Assembly: GCA_910585705.1 (NCBI GenBank)
Contig: CAJUER010000001.1
Span: 55,342 to 119,341, forward strand
Source: an uncultured Christensenella sp.
GTDB lineage: Bacteria > Bacillota > Clostridia > Christensenellales > Borkfalkiaceae
DNA: 64,000 nucleotides
Direction of reading: 5' to 3'
Numbering within the stretch: the first letter of the stretch is position 1; each line of letters begins with the position of its first letter. Shown piece after piece: positions 46,967-55,572 of the stretch. A model generated the notes under the pieces. The model searched no databases. It was given only the letters and a program-made list of their open reading frames with translations, and was not told where the DNA came from. The translations under genes were made by a program, and so were the position numbers.

Positions 46967-48325
46967 ATGAACGAACTTAAAAAGGCTAACTTATATATTT
47001 CAAAAGCAAAACACACGATAAATTCAAAATACCGTCTTAACTATCATTTAATGCCGTCCGTCGGCTGGATGAACGACCCCAACGGACTGATATATTTCAA
47101 CGGCAAATATCACCTGTATTACCAGTTTAATCCATACGATACTCACACGGGCAAAATGTGCTGGGGGCACGCCGTTTCCGACGATTTGGTTTCATATACC
47201 GATTGCGGAGTTGCGCTCATGCACGAGGGCGAACACGAAAGGGTTTTCTCCGGCGGAGCGATTGAAGCCGACGGAGGAATAACGGCATATTATACCCTCC
47301 ATATAGAAGAGGGAGCGGAAAAGACGGAAGAGGTTTTCAAAGCCCGTTCGCTTGACGGAAACGAATTTACCGAACATGTAAAGGTATTCGACAATAACGA
47401 CCTGCCCGAAAATATTTCGAGGACGGATTTCCGCGATCCCTGCCCTGTAAAGATAGGCGATATGTATTATGTGTTTGTCGGCGGTAAGGACGTAACTTTG
47501 AACAAGGGCGTAATTATTGTGCTCGGCGGCGAAACTACGGATAATTTAAATTATAAGTTTTATCTCGGACCTTATTACGAGCTCGGCGATATGGGCGAAT
47601 GTCCGTCATATTTCAAAGTGAACGGAAAAGACGTTCTGCTTGCTTCGGGGTGTCATGTCCACGACAGGGGAAACGACTTCAAAAACACGAATTCAAGCGT
47701 TTTTATCGTCGGCAGTCTGGACTTCGAAAGGGGTGCGATGAAGGTTGATTTTATAAAAGAAATCGACAAGGGAGACACATTTTACGCGCCCCAGTTCATA
47801 CGCGGAGAGGATAAGCCGATAATGATAGGATGGTTCGAAATGTGGGATAAACCTTATCCCACGAAGGATGCGGGGCACGGCTGGGTCGGCGCGTTTACCG
47901 TTCCCAGAGAGTTGACTTATTCCGACGGCGACGTTTTCCAAAATCCGACGGAGAGCCTGAACGCGTATCTTTACGAGCCCGCCGCAGACGAGGTGCCGAA
48001 ATGTTCGGATATACGCTTTGAATTTTTCGGCGAAGGTGCGCTTACGGTCGAGGGCGCAAACGGGAAAGTAGTAATAGGCAACGACGGCGGCGTGTATCTT
48101 GACACGATTCATTCAAACAACTCGTTTGGAAGCATAAGGCGCACTAACGGCAGTTACAGCCGTTGCAGCATTAGAGTTCTTTTGGACGTGTCTGGAATAG
48201 AGGTTTTCGTGGACGGCGGCAGGGAAGTTATATCCAGCAGAATTTATATCGACGGCGATTACCGCATAAGAACGTGCGGCGGCGTCGGCGGTTTGAAAAT
48301 TAAAGGCATAGGTGGAAAGCAATGA
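46967..48325 (+). CDS. intracellular GH32 beta-fructofuranosidase / sucrose-6-phosphate-hydrolase-like
   Basis: 452 aa, no signal peptide. WMNDPNGLIYFNGKYHLYYQFNP, FRDP and ECPSY motifs. Confidence 0.9.
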   Translation: MNELKKANLYISKAKHTINSKYRLNYHLMPSVGWMNDPNGLIYFNGKYHLYYQFNPYDTHTGKMCWGHAVSDDLVSYTDCGVALMHEGEHERVFSGGAIEADGGITAYYTLHIEEGAEKTEEVFKARSLDGNEFTEHVKVFDNNDLPENISRTDFRDPCPVKIGDMYYVFVGGKDVTLNKGVIIVLGGETTDNLNYKFYLGPYYELGDMGECPSYFKVNGKDVLLASGCHVHDRGNDFKNTNSSVFIVGSLDFERGAMKVDFIKEIDKGDTFYAPQFIRGEDKPIMIGWFEMWDKPYPTKDAGHGWVGAFTVPRELTYSDGDVFQNPTESLNAYLYEPAADEVPKCSDIRFEFFGEGALTVEGANGKVVIGNDGGVYLDTIHSNNSFGSIRRTNGSYSRCSIRVLLDVSGIEVFVDGGREVISSRIYIDGDYRIRTCGGVGGLKIKGIGGKQ

Positions 48326-49830
48326 TTAAAAAACGGCTTGTACCGATAATTGCGGCTTTGGCGTGCGTGCTTGCGGCAGGTTGCGGCACGCCCGGAAAAA
48401 ATTCGACGGATCAGGAGTCGAAGACAGTTTTTCCCGTTTCCTCTTACGATGAAACTTTGCCTGTGTCTATGGGCGACGTAATGCCTTTCTACGACGACGG
48501 GGTTATGAATATATATCACCTGCAAAACAGCAGGGGTACACTCAGTCTTTTCTATCACCCCATATCGCGCCTTACAACGACTGACTTCGTCAACTATACC
48601 GACTGCGGCGTCGCGCTCGACTTCGAAGAAAATTCCCAGTCGCCGGACGCGGCTCTCGGAACGGGTTCTTTCATAAAAGATAAGGAAGGCAATTTCCATT
48701 GTTTTTATACGGGGCATAACGATAACGGACAGGAAGAGGGCTTGAAATTCAACGAAGTCATCCGTCATGCAAAAAGCGTCGACAATCAGGAAACTTGGGT
48801 AAAGGACGAAGACTTCAATCTTTACGGTTATGAAAACGACTTCCGCGACCCTTACGTCTATTACGACGCTGAAGAGGATATTTACAATATGCTCGTAACC
48901 ACGCGCGATTACGGCGTTGGCGTAATAAAAAGATATTCGTCAGCCTCGCTCGATGCGTCTTGGGAGGAGTGGCAGGACAGGGGTGTGTTTTTCCGTAACG
49001 ACGACGGCAGTTACAATATGGAGTGTCCTTCATACGTTGAGTATAACGGTTATCGGTATCTCGCTTACAGCGAGCAGGGCGAAAACCGTGTAACGCATTA
49101 CAGGTATAAAACCGAAAAGAACGGCGAGTGGAAAAAGTTCGAGCGCGACAGTATTGACGCAAGCGGTTTTTACGCGGGCAGATTGGAAAAGGCGGGCGAT
49201 AAATTATACGCATTCGCGTGGTGCGCCAACCTTTCCGCAGGCAGCACGGGCGATTTTGACTGGGGCGGCAACCTCGTCACCCACGAGATAAAACAATCGT
49301 CAAACGGAGAGCTTTGCGCCGTTATGGTCGCCAGCGTCAAAGACGCTTTTTCAAACCGCGTCAAATACGAATATATAAGCGGCGGCGAAATTAAGGAAGC
49401 AACTTTCGGCAGTAATTTTTCTGCGCGTTGCGCTGAAAAGCTCGCAACAAACGTCACGAGGATTAATTTTACATTTTCCGTCGGCGATTTCGGCGGCGAC
49501 TGCGGATTAACCTTCGGGCTTGACGGTAAGTACGACAACCGTTTGGGCACTGCGGCGGTTGCATTCGACACGGCTGAAAGCAGGCTCGTATGCTACAACA
49601 AAATTTCAAGCGTAGTACGCTACGGCGACCCGTTGGCTTCGGTTGCGTTCGCGTATTCCGCAGGACGCATATATAACGTTGATATTATTATCGAGGGTGA
49701 AATTCTCACCGTATATCTTGACGATACAGTTTGCCTTACGGCAAGGTTTCCTGATATGCAAAGAAGATGCTTTGCATTTTATTCTAACGGCTGTACGGCG
49801 GAATTCAAGGGGATAACTTTTTATGAGTAA
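48322..49830 (+). CDS. divergent GH32/clan GH-J-like lipoprotein
   Basis: 502 aa. Lipobox LAAGC. FRDPYVYYD and MECPSY present, but the nucleophile block is SMGDVMPFYDDG instead of WMNDPNG. Confidence 0.55.
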   Translation: MIKKRLVPIIAALACVLAAGCGTPGKNSTDQESKTVFPVSSYDETLPVSMGDVMPFYDDGVMNIYHLQNSRGTLSLFYHPISRLTTTDFVNYTDCGVALDFEENSQSPDAALGTGSFIKDKEGNFHCFYTGHNDNGQEEGLKFNEVIRHAKSVDNQETWVKDEDFNLYGYENDFRDPYVYYDAEEDIYNMLVTTRDYGVGVIKRYSSASLDASWEEWQDRGVFFRNDDGSYNMECPSYVEYNGYRYLAYSEQGENRVTHYRYKTEKNGEWKKFERDSIDASGFYAGRLEKAGDKLYAFAWCANLSAGSTGDFDWGGNLVTHEIKQSSNGELCAVMVASVKDAFSNRVKYEYISGGEIKEATFGSNFSARCAEKLATNVTRINFTFSVGDFGGDCGLTFGLDGKYDNRLGTAAVAFDTAESRLVCYNKISSVVRYGDPLASVAFAYSAGRIYNVDIIIEGEILTVYLDDTVCLTARFPDMQRRCFAFYSNGCTAEFKGITFYE

Positions 49831-50782
49831 ATTATATTCTGTGGGCGAGCTTTTAATCGACTTTCAATCTGTCGGAACGGGCGGTCTGAAAGAAACAAAG
49901 CAGTTTATAAAAAACGCGGGCGGAGCGCCTGCCAACGTGTGCGTTCAGGCTGTTAAGCTCGGACAAAAAGCCGCGTACCTCACAAAGGTAGGCGACGACG
50001 GCTTCGGAGAATTTTTGATAGATTCGCTTAAAAAAGAAGGCGTGGACGTTTCGTATATTTCCAGAAGCGGCGAATACGACACCTCGCTTGCATTTGTAAG
50101 CTTTAAGGACGGAGGCGAGCGCGAGTTCAGCTTTTACAGGAAAGCGGCGGCGGATCTGCACTTTACCGAACAAGACTTTAAAGACGTGAACTTCCGCGCG
50201 GACGACGTTCTCGAATTCGGAAGCGTCGCGCTTAAAACCGCGCAGGCGCGCGATACGCACAAATTTTTAATAGACCGTGCGGAGAGCGCCGGAGCGTTAA
50301 TCTGCTTCGATCCCAATTTAAGGTTTAACCTGTGGGAAAGCAGACAAGAGCTAAAAGACGCGGTAAAAGAATTTGCCGCATATGCCGACGTAATAAAGGC
50401 AGGCGCCGACGAGCTGGAATTTCTTTGCGGACTGCCCGTTGAAGAAGCCGTTAAAATTATGTTTGGCGGAAAACTTAAAATGCTGTTCGTAACCGACGGA
50501 GGCAAGGGGGCAAAGCTTTACCTTGCAGACGGCAGAAGTTATTCGTGCGAAGGATACAAGGTCAATACAATCGACACGACGGGCGCGGGCGACTCGTTCT
50601 TCGGCGGCGCGATTGCTCAGATTATGCGGCTAAATCTTAGCGCGGATAATCTTGTAAACGGCAAGACGGATTACGGTAAGATACTCGATTTCGCCTGCAA
50701 ATGCGGCGCGTATACCACAACGGGGTACGGCGCGATTCCAGCAATGGGCGACAGAGAAAATATTGAAAAGGCGGTGAAGTAA
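49823..50782 (+). CDS. PfkB-family fructokinase
   Basis: 319 aa. GGAPANV N-terminal motif and DTTGAGDSFFGG ATP/anion-hole motif. Confidence 0.85.
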   Translation: MSKLYSVGELLIDFQSVGTGGLKETKQFIKNAGGAPANVCVQAVKLGQKAAYLTKVGDDGFGEFLIDSLKKEGVDVSYISRSGEYDTSLAFVSFKDGGEREFSFYRKAAADLHFTEQDFKDVNFRADDVLEFGSVALKTAQARDTHKFLIDRAESAGALICFDPNLRFNLWESRQELKDAVKEFAAYADVIKAGADELEFLCGLPVEEAVKIMFGGKLKMLFVTDGGKGAKLYLADGRSYSCEGYKVNTIDTTGAGDSFFGGAIAQIMRLNLSADNLVNGKTDYGKILDFACKCGAYTTTGYGAIPAMGDRENIEKAVK

Positions 50783-52177
50783 ATGGCAACTGTTCAGCTT
50801 ATAAACGTAAACAAAGTGTACGACGGCGGAGTTCATGCCGTGCACGATTTCTCAATTGACATAAAGGACAAAGAGTTTATCGTGTTCGTAGGTCCTTCGG
50901 GCTGCGGAAAATCGACTACTTTGAGAATGATAGCGGGACTCGAAGAAATTTCCTACGGCGATTTTCTGATCGACGGAAAAATAATGAACAGCGCCGCGCC
51001 TAAGGACAGGGATATCGCAATGGTGTTCCAGTCGTACGCGCTGTATCCGCAGATGACGGTTTACAACAATATGGCATACGCGCTTAAACTGCGTAAAGTG
51101 CCCAAAACGGAAATAGACGAGCGCGTAAGGGAGGCGGCGAGAATACTTAAACTCACACCGTATCTCGATAGAAAGCCGCGTGCGCTTTCGGGCGGACAGA
51201 GACAGCGCGTCGCGCTCGGCAGGTCGATTGTGCGCCGCCCCAAAGTTTTCCTTATGGACGAACCCCTGTCCAACCTCGACGCAAAGTTGCGCGTCGCTAT
51301 GAGAAGCGAAATAGTGCGCATTCACGAGGAAGTGGGTGCAACCACCATTTACGTTACTCACGACCAAATCGAAGCTATGACTATGGCTTCGAGAATAGTG
51401 GTTATGAAAGACGGATTTATCCAGCAGATAGGCGAACCGAACGAGGTCTATAAAAATCCCGCAAATATGTTTGTCGCCGGCTTTATAGGCACGCCCGCAA
51501 TGAACTTTCTGCACGGCGTGATAGAAAAAGGAAACTTCGTTTTAGACGGCACGGGTGAAAAAATCAAACTTACCTCCGACCAGAAAAAGCTTGTAAAAAA
51601 TTACGAAGGCAAAAGAATAGTTTACGGCATTCGTCCCGAAAATCTTATTTTCGAGCAGTCCGAACGTTTCGAAAAATTCAAGGACTATGCGTTCAAAATG
51701 AAAGTGGGTATGATAGAACTTCTCGGCGATATCGTAAACGTTCACGGCGAAGTAGGCGGCGGCAAGGCTATTTTGAAAATGAACAGCAAATACGCCGTAA
51801 AGGATAAAGCGGAAATAAAAGCGGCTGCGGACTGCGAGTACGCACGTTTCTTCAACGAAAGTACGGGTAAAGCTATAACGGAAGAATATTGCGAATACGA
51901 AGAGGCGGAAGTAACCCAATCGCTTGACGAGGATAACGTGGTAATCGTCGAGCAAAAGCCGCAGGGCTTGTTTGCAAAGGCGGTGGACGCAATCAAATCG
52001 GCGATAAGCAAGGTTAAGCGTAAACCCGAAACGAAAGAGGAGGACTCGGCGGAAGATAAAAAAGTTGAAGCCGAGACTTTGCAAACGGCAGAGGATAAAA
52101 AAGACAAAGCGGAAACTTTGCAAACGGCAGAGGATAAAAAAGATAAAGCCAAAACTTCGCAAACGGATAACGAATAA
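50783..52177 (+). CDS. MsmK/UgpC-type sugar ABC transporter ATPase with repeat-containing C-terminal tail
   Basis: 464 aa. Walker A GPSGCGKST, LSGGQRQR, LMDEPLSNLD, TOBE-like domain, then an extra tail of about 90 aa ending in three 13-aa repeats. Confidence 0.9.
   Translation: MATVQLINVNKVYDGGVHAVHDFSIDIKDKEFIVFVGPSGCGKSTTLRMIAGLEEISYGDFLIDGKIMNSAAPKDRDIAMVFQSYALYPQMTVYNNMAYALKLRKVPKTEIDERVREAARILKLTPYLDRKPRALSGGQRQRVALGRSIVRRPKVFLMDEPLSNLDAKLRVAMRSEIVRIHEEVGATTIYVTHDQIEAMTMASRIVVMKDGFIQQIGEPNEVYKNPANMFVAGFIGTPAMNFLHGVIEKGNFVLDGTGEKIKLTSDQKKLVKNYEGKRIVYGIRPENLIFEQSERFEKFKDYAFKMKVGMIELLGDIVNVHGEVGGGKAILKMNSKYAVKDKAEIKAAADCEYARFFNESTGKAITEEYCEYEEAEVTQSLDEDNVVIVEQKPQGLFAKAVDAIKSAISKVKRKPETKEEDSAEDKKVEAETLQTAEDKKDKAETLQTAEDKKDKAKTSQTDNE
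52049..52165 (+). repeat. 3 x 39-nt in-frame tandem repeat in the ATPase tail
   Basis: Units at 52049-52087, 52088-52126 and 52127-52165 (GC(G/A)GA(A/G)GATAAAAAAG...ACTT(T/C)GCAAACG), encoding AEDKK(V/D)(E/K)AETLQT-type repeats. Confidence 0.85.
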
Positions 52178-52180
52178 AAA

Positions 52181-52208
52181 AAGCGAACCTGAAAAGGTTC
52201 GCTTTTTT
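52181..52208. terminator. bidirectional intrinsic terminator closing the fructan locus
   Basis: AAAAAAGCGAACC-tgaaaa-GGTTCGCTTTTTT. Confidence 0.85.
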
Positions 52209-52248
52209 AACTGCGCTTAAAATATATTTATTAAAAGAATAATTAATT

Positions 52249-52815
52249 TTACTGTTTTTTTATAAAGACGTAGTAATCGTAATATTTTGTTCCGTCGTGA
52301 CCTATAAGCGGTTCGTCTGATTTAACATATCCTATTGATTTCAATGCCGTAATGCGCTCCGTAGCCGAAGGTATTGCTTTTGTAGCCACTTTTTTACATC
52401 CGAACATTTCAAACGATGGTATCGTAATCAGCGATAAAATGCTTTCGGCATCCTCCGTGTTTTCGTAATCGCTACGCAAATCAAGTCTGATAAGTCCGCA
52501 ATCGGTATAATAGTCTTTTTCGTTGCGTAGAAATTCTTCTATCGTACCGATAGCTTCTTTCGTTGTTTTATCTACTATGGCGAACCTTACAAACCAACCG
52601 TTTTCGTAAGCTTGCTTCCAAAAGTCCAACGCCTGACTCATACGTTCGAGCGTAGCATAATAAAAATCATCGCCGTGACAGTTGTCGCCGTTAAAAAAAG
52701 GTACGGCTTTTTTATCGCTGTAAACCTTAAATAAATCGCTTAAATCTCTGTCGTCTATCGGTCGCAAAATAAATTTATTGTTTTGCAGTATAGGACAGTT
52801 TTCATAAATATTCAT
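52249..52815 (-). CDS. GNAT-family N-acetyltransferase
   Basis: 188 aa. FILRPIDDRDLSDLFKVYSD N-terminal pattern typical of RimJ/RimL-like GNATs. GGAGC RBS. Confidence 0.65.
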   Translation of the reverse strand: MNIYENCPILQNNKFILRPIDDRDLSDLFKVYSDKKAVPFFNGDNCHGDDFYYATLERMSQALDFWKQAYENGWFVRFAIVDKTTKEAIGTIEEFLRNEKDYYTDCGLIRLDLRSDYENTEDAESILSLITIPSFEMFGCKKVATKAIPSATERITALKSIGYVKSDEPLIGHDGTKYYDYYVFIKKQ

Positions 52816-52840
52816 AAAATTTAAAGCTCCTGGTAGTGTC

Positions 52841-52987
52841 TTATAATTTGATTATAATATAAATAAGCGCCGAATGCAACTCTATTAAAAATTTTTCAAC
52901 CTTTCGGTTAAACGCCGTCGACTCTTTTTCGGAAATAAAATGATTGCCTTTAATAACCGTAAATTCGTCGTTGGTTACGCCTTTCGG
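52841..52987 (-). pseudogene. 3-prime remnant (48 codons) of an alpha/beta-hydrolase gene
   Basis: Minus-strand frame reads PKGVTNDEFTVIKGNHFISEKESTAFNRKVEKFL..., matching the usual C-terminus of alpha/beta hydrolases (catalytic His in G-x-H-F, E-x-P-x-x-F-N-x-x-V-x-x-F-L). An in-frame TAA sits immediately upstream at 52988-52990, where AT-rich DNA begins. No start codon. Confidence 0.4.
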
Positions 52988-53196
52988 TTAAATAATTATT
53001 TTAACTCTACCGCCGGTAGAGTTTTAAATTTATCCGGTAGAGACGGAATTTATATTGTAGAATTTAGTTTTTTTAAAGTTTAGTTTTTATTTTAAATCGT
53101 ATAATTAAATCTATTAAAAGTAGGGTGTAATTGAATTTGTTATTATTTATAATGAAATTGATAAGTTGAAATAAACAATAAAAAAAGGAGCTTTCA

Positions 53197-54066
53197 ATGA
53201 ATAAAGTAAAAATAATAACCGATAGTTGTTGCAGTTTGTCGCTGGAAAAATTAAAGCAGTTTGATATTGATTTTGTTCAAATGAGCTTTACTGTAAACAA
53301 TAAAAATTTTAATGCTTATGAACACCCGATTAAAGATGGGCAAAAATTTTATGATGAGCTTGCAAAATCAAAAAATTGTTCTACAAGTTGCGTCAACCCT
53401 TACACGTTTTCCGCAATATTTGAAAAATACGTCAAATTCGGTTATGACGTGGTATATATCGGTATATCAAGCGGAATGAGCGCAACTTATAAAAATGCAG
53501 TAGTTTCGGCGAAAGAAATCAATACTGCTTTTGGCCGACACGTTTGGGTGGCTGATAGTTTGTCAGGAAGTTACGGGATTGCTTTAATGCTTGAATATGC
53601 CGTTAAACTTCGCAATGAGGGTAAAACTGCTGAGGAAATATTTGAGTCGATAGACAAAATCCGTATGAACGTGTTTGCAGTGTTTGTGCCAAGTGATTTG
53701 ATATTTTTAAACCGTTCGGGAAGAATAAACAGATTTGTTGCAAGTATCGGAACTTTGCTCAAAGTAACGCCGGTTATAACAGCCAATGATAAAGGCGAAC
53801 TTAAATTGCTTGCCAAATGTATCGGAAGAAAAAAAGCGATAAAGACGATTCAAGATTTTATTTTACAGAAAGCGTGTTTGGAAAATGAACGCAGAATTTA
53901 TATTGGACATACAGGCGTGAAAGAAGACGCGGAAAGACTTGCGGAATTTATAAAAGCAAATACCGATATTAAAGACGTTGTTGTGGACTTAATTGACTAT
54001 ACTATGGGTTGTAACTGCGGACCTTACACTCTCGCCGTTTTCGGGAAATTAAAGGTAGAGCGGTAA
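53197..54066 (+). CDS. DegV-family fatty-acid-binding protein
   Basis: 289 aa. AAAGGAG RBS. IITDSCCSL start block and ISSGMSATY motif typical of DegV. Confidence 0.85.
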   Translation: MNKVKIITDSCCSLSLEKLKQFDIDFVQMSFTVNNKNFNAYEHPIKDGQKFYDELAKSKNCSTSCVNPYTFSAIFEKYVKFGYDVVYIGISSGMSATYKNAVVSAKEINTAFGRHVWVADSLSGSYGIALMLEYAVKLRNEGKTAEEIFESIDKIRMNVFAVFVPSDLIFLNRSGRINRFVASIGTLLKVTPVITANDKGELKLLAKCIGRKKAIKTIQDFILQKACLENERRIYIGHTGVKEDAERLAEFIKANTDIKDVVVDLIDYTMGCNCGPYTLAVFGKLKVER

Positions 54067-54085
54067 CAAAATAAGCAAAATTTAA

Positions 54086-54124
54086 AAGCGGACACGTTTT
54101 GATAAAACGGGCCCGCTTTACTTT
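54086..54124. terminator. imperfect long hairpin between degV and the minus-strand gene string
   Basis: AAGCGG..CGTTTT-gat-AAAACG..CCGCTT, with T-rich flanks on both strands. Confidence 0.45.
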
Positions 54125-54231
54125 GTAAAAAATTAAAGCAAAAAAAATTATTCTTTGTCAAACTCCGCCGTCTTATTTTATCAATAGCCCGAACTTTAAA
54201 GTCTTGTCAAATGCAGCGGAACGTAAATAAT

Positions 54232-54660
54232 TTAAAAATTTTTGCAACTTAAATAAATGTGGCATACGGCAAAAATAACGGAAAAGAAAATCAACGGAAT
54301 GTTTGCCGTCACAATGCCGCTGAATATGAATATACAAGACGGAATTATCGAAAGCGACAATGCTTTTAATTTGTCGTTTCTGTTCCAACATATAATCCAA
54401 AAAATCAAATATGCCAAGCATAAACCGCCGTTTACTGACAAATAGACGGTAAGCGCATTATCAAACCAAAAGTTAAAAAATGTATACGGAATATTAAAAA
54501 TCATTAAAACAAAACAGCCGTATATGCCGATTTGTTCCAAGATTTCAACCGTTTTATTTCGGTAGGAGTTTTCGTTATTTTTATGTTTTGCGGCATAAAT
54601 AATATTCGGTATCATAATGATTGCCATTATAATAAGCCCGTAATAATTAAACCAACTCAT
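54232..54660 (-). CDS. small 4-TM membrane protein, unknown function
   Basis: I prefer the ATG at 54660 (MSWFNYYGLII..., GGAG 10 nt upstream) over the TTG at 54693. 142 aa, four hydrophobic segments. Confidence 0.45.
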   Translation of the reverse strand: MSWFNYYGLIIMAIIMIPNIIYAAKHKNNENSYRNKTVEILEQIGIYGCFVLMIFNIPYTFFNFWFDNALTVYLSVNGGLCLAYLIFWIICWNRNDKLKALSLSIIPSCIFIFSGIVTANIPLIFFSVIFAVCHIYLSCKNF

Positions 54661-54801
54661 ACTGTCAATGCTCCAAAGAAAAGCCCAAAACAATTCCTGC
54701 GGGGTTCGTTTCGGGCTATTGCTGGCGGGCAGTCATCACCCGAATTTGAACTTTTTATGTATAAAGAGCATTTCGGGATAGAAATACTGTTATAAAACAC
54801 T

Positions 54802-55566
54802 TTAAGACTTCGTTATAGTGCCTTCCTTAATGTGATATTGCTTTCCATTTGTTTCGCAAAATAGAATCACTTTTTCAGCCATTTCATTAAAGAATTTTTT
54901 ATAATCTTTATATTGCGAAACTTTTGCATTGTAATTTAGTCTCCCAAAAATTATTTTATCTACAAAGGATATTGCATCTATAATTTCATCTAAACTTTGT
55001 TCAATGAAATTAGGTGTGGGATATGGTTCAATGCTTACCCATGTTTTGCATCCCGCTTCATGGAGATTTTTTAAAGATTGTATTCTTTCAACGTATGGAG
55101 CAGAGCCTGGCTCAATCTCTTTCCTAAAATCCTCATTAAGAGAAATCAAAGTTATGCCATATTCATTTTCATTTGACAATTCGCTAAGTTCAAACGGTAG
55201 CGTTCCTTTTGTAAGTGCTGTGCATTTAATTCCACTTTCATTTAATTTACGCATACACTGCGAACTTAAATCAGATATCTCAGGATAGTTGTACATAAAT
55301 GGGTCTGTGGTAAAACAAAGTTGTACGGATTGAATTTTATCTTTCAATTTGGGTATTTCTATATCAAGCAATTCTAAAGCATTACCAATAAGTTTGGGAC
55401 AGCACCAATCCTCATAAGTTTTAGCTTTACCAAACCTTTTTGCCATCATCATAGCATAGCACGGATATTTACATCCATGCGAACACCCTTCGGCGATATT
55501 TATTGTATAATCACCATATTCAACGCCCGTCTTATAAAGCAAACTTTTTCGCATTATTTTTTCCAT
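54802..55566 (-). CDS. three-Cys-motif / SPL(COG1533)-like radical-SAM-fold protein with non-canonical CX3CX3C
   Basis: 254 aa. GCSHGCKYPCYA near the N-terminus, then blocks laid out like SPL-type radical-SAM barrels (VQLCFTTDPFMY, ALTKG, ISLNEDFRKEIEPGSAP..RI, WVSIEPYP). RBS AAAGGA inside the end of the upstream gene. Confidence 0.5.
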   Translation of the reverse strand: MEKIMRKSLLYKTGVEYGDYTINIAEGCSHGCKYPCYAMMMAKRFGKAKTYEDWCCPKLIGNALELLDIEIPKLKDKIQSVQLCFTTDPFMYNYPEISDLSSQCMRKLNESGIKCTALTKGTLPFELSELSNENEYGITLISLNEDFRKEIEPGSAPYVERIQSLKNLHEAGCKTWVSIEPYPTPNFIEQSLDEIIDAISFVDKIIFGRLNYNAKVSQYKDYKKFFNEMAEKVILFCETNGKQYHIKEGTITKS

Positions 55567-55572
55567 TTTTTA

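Noticed and set aside
54802-55566. Calling the 254-aa protein a bona fide spore photoproduct lyase (SplB)
   Set aside because: It is shorter than SplB-type enzymes as I remember them, has CX3CX3C rather than CX3CX2C, and sits in an R-M/TcmP-like context rather than a sporulation or repair context. Only the general fold-level resemblance is claimed.
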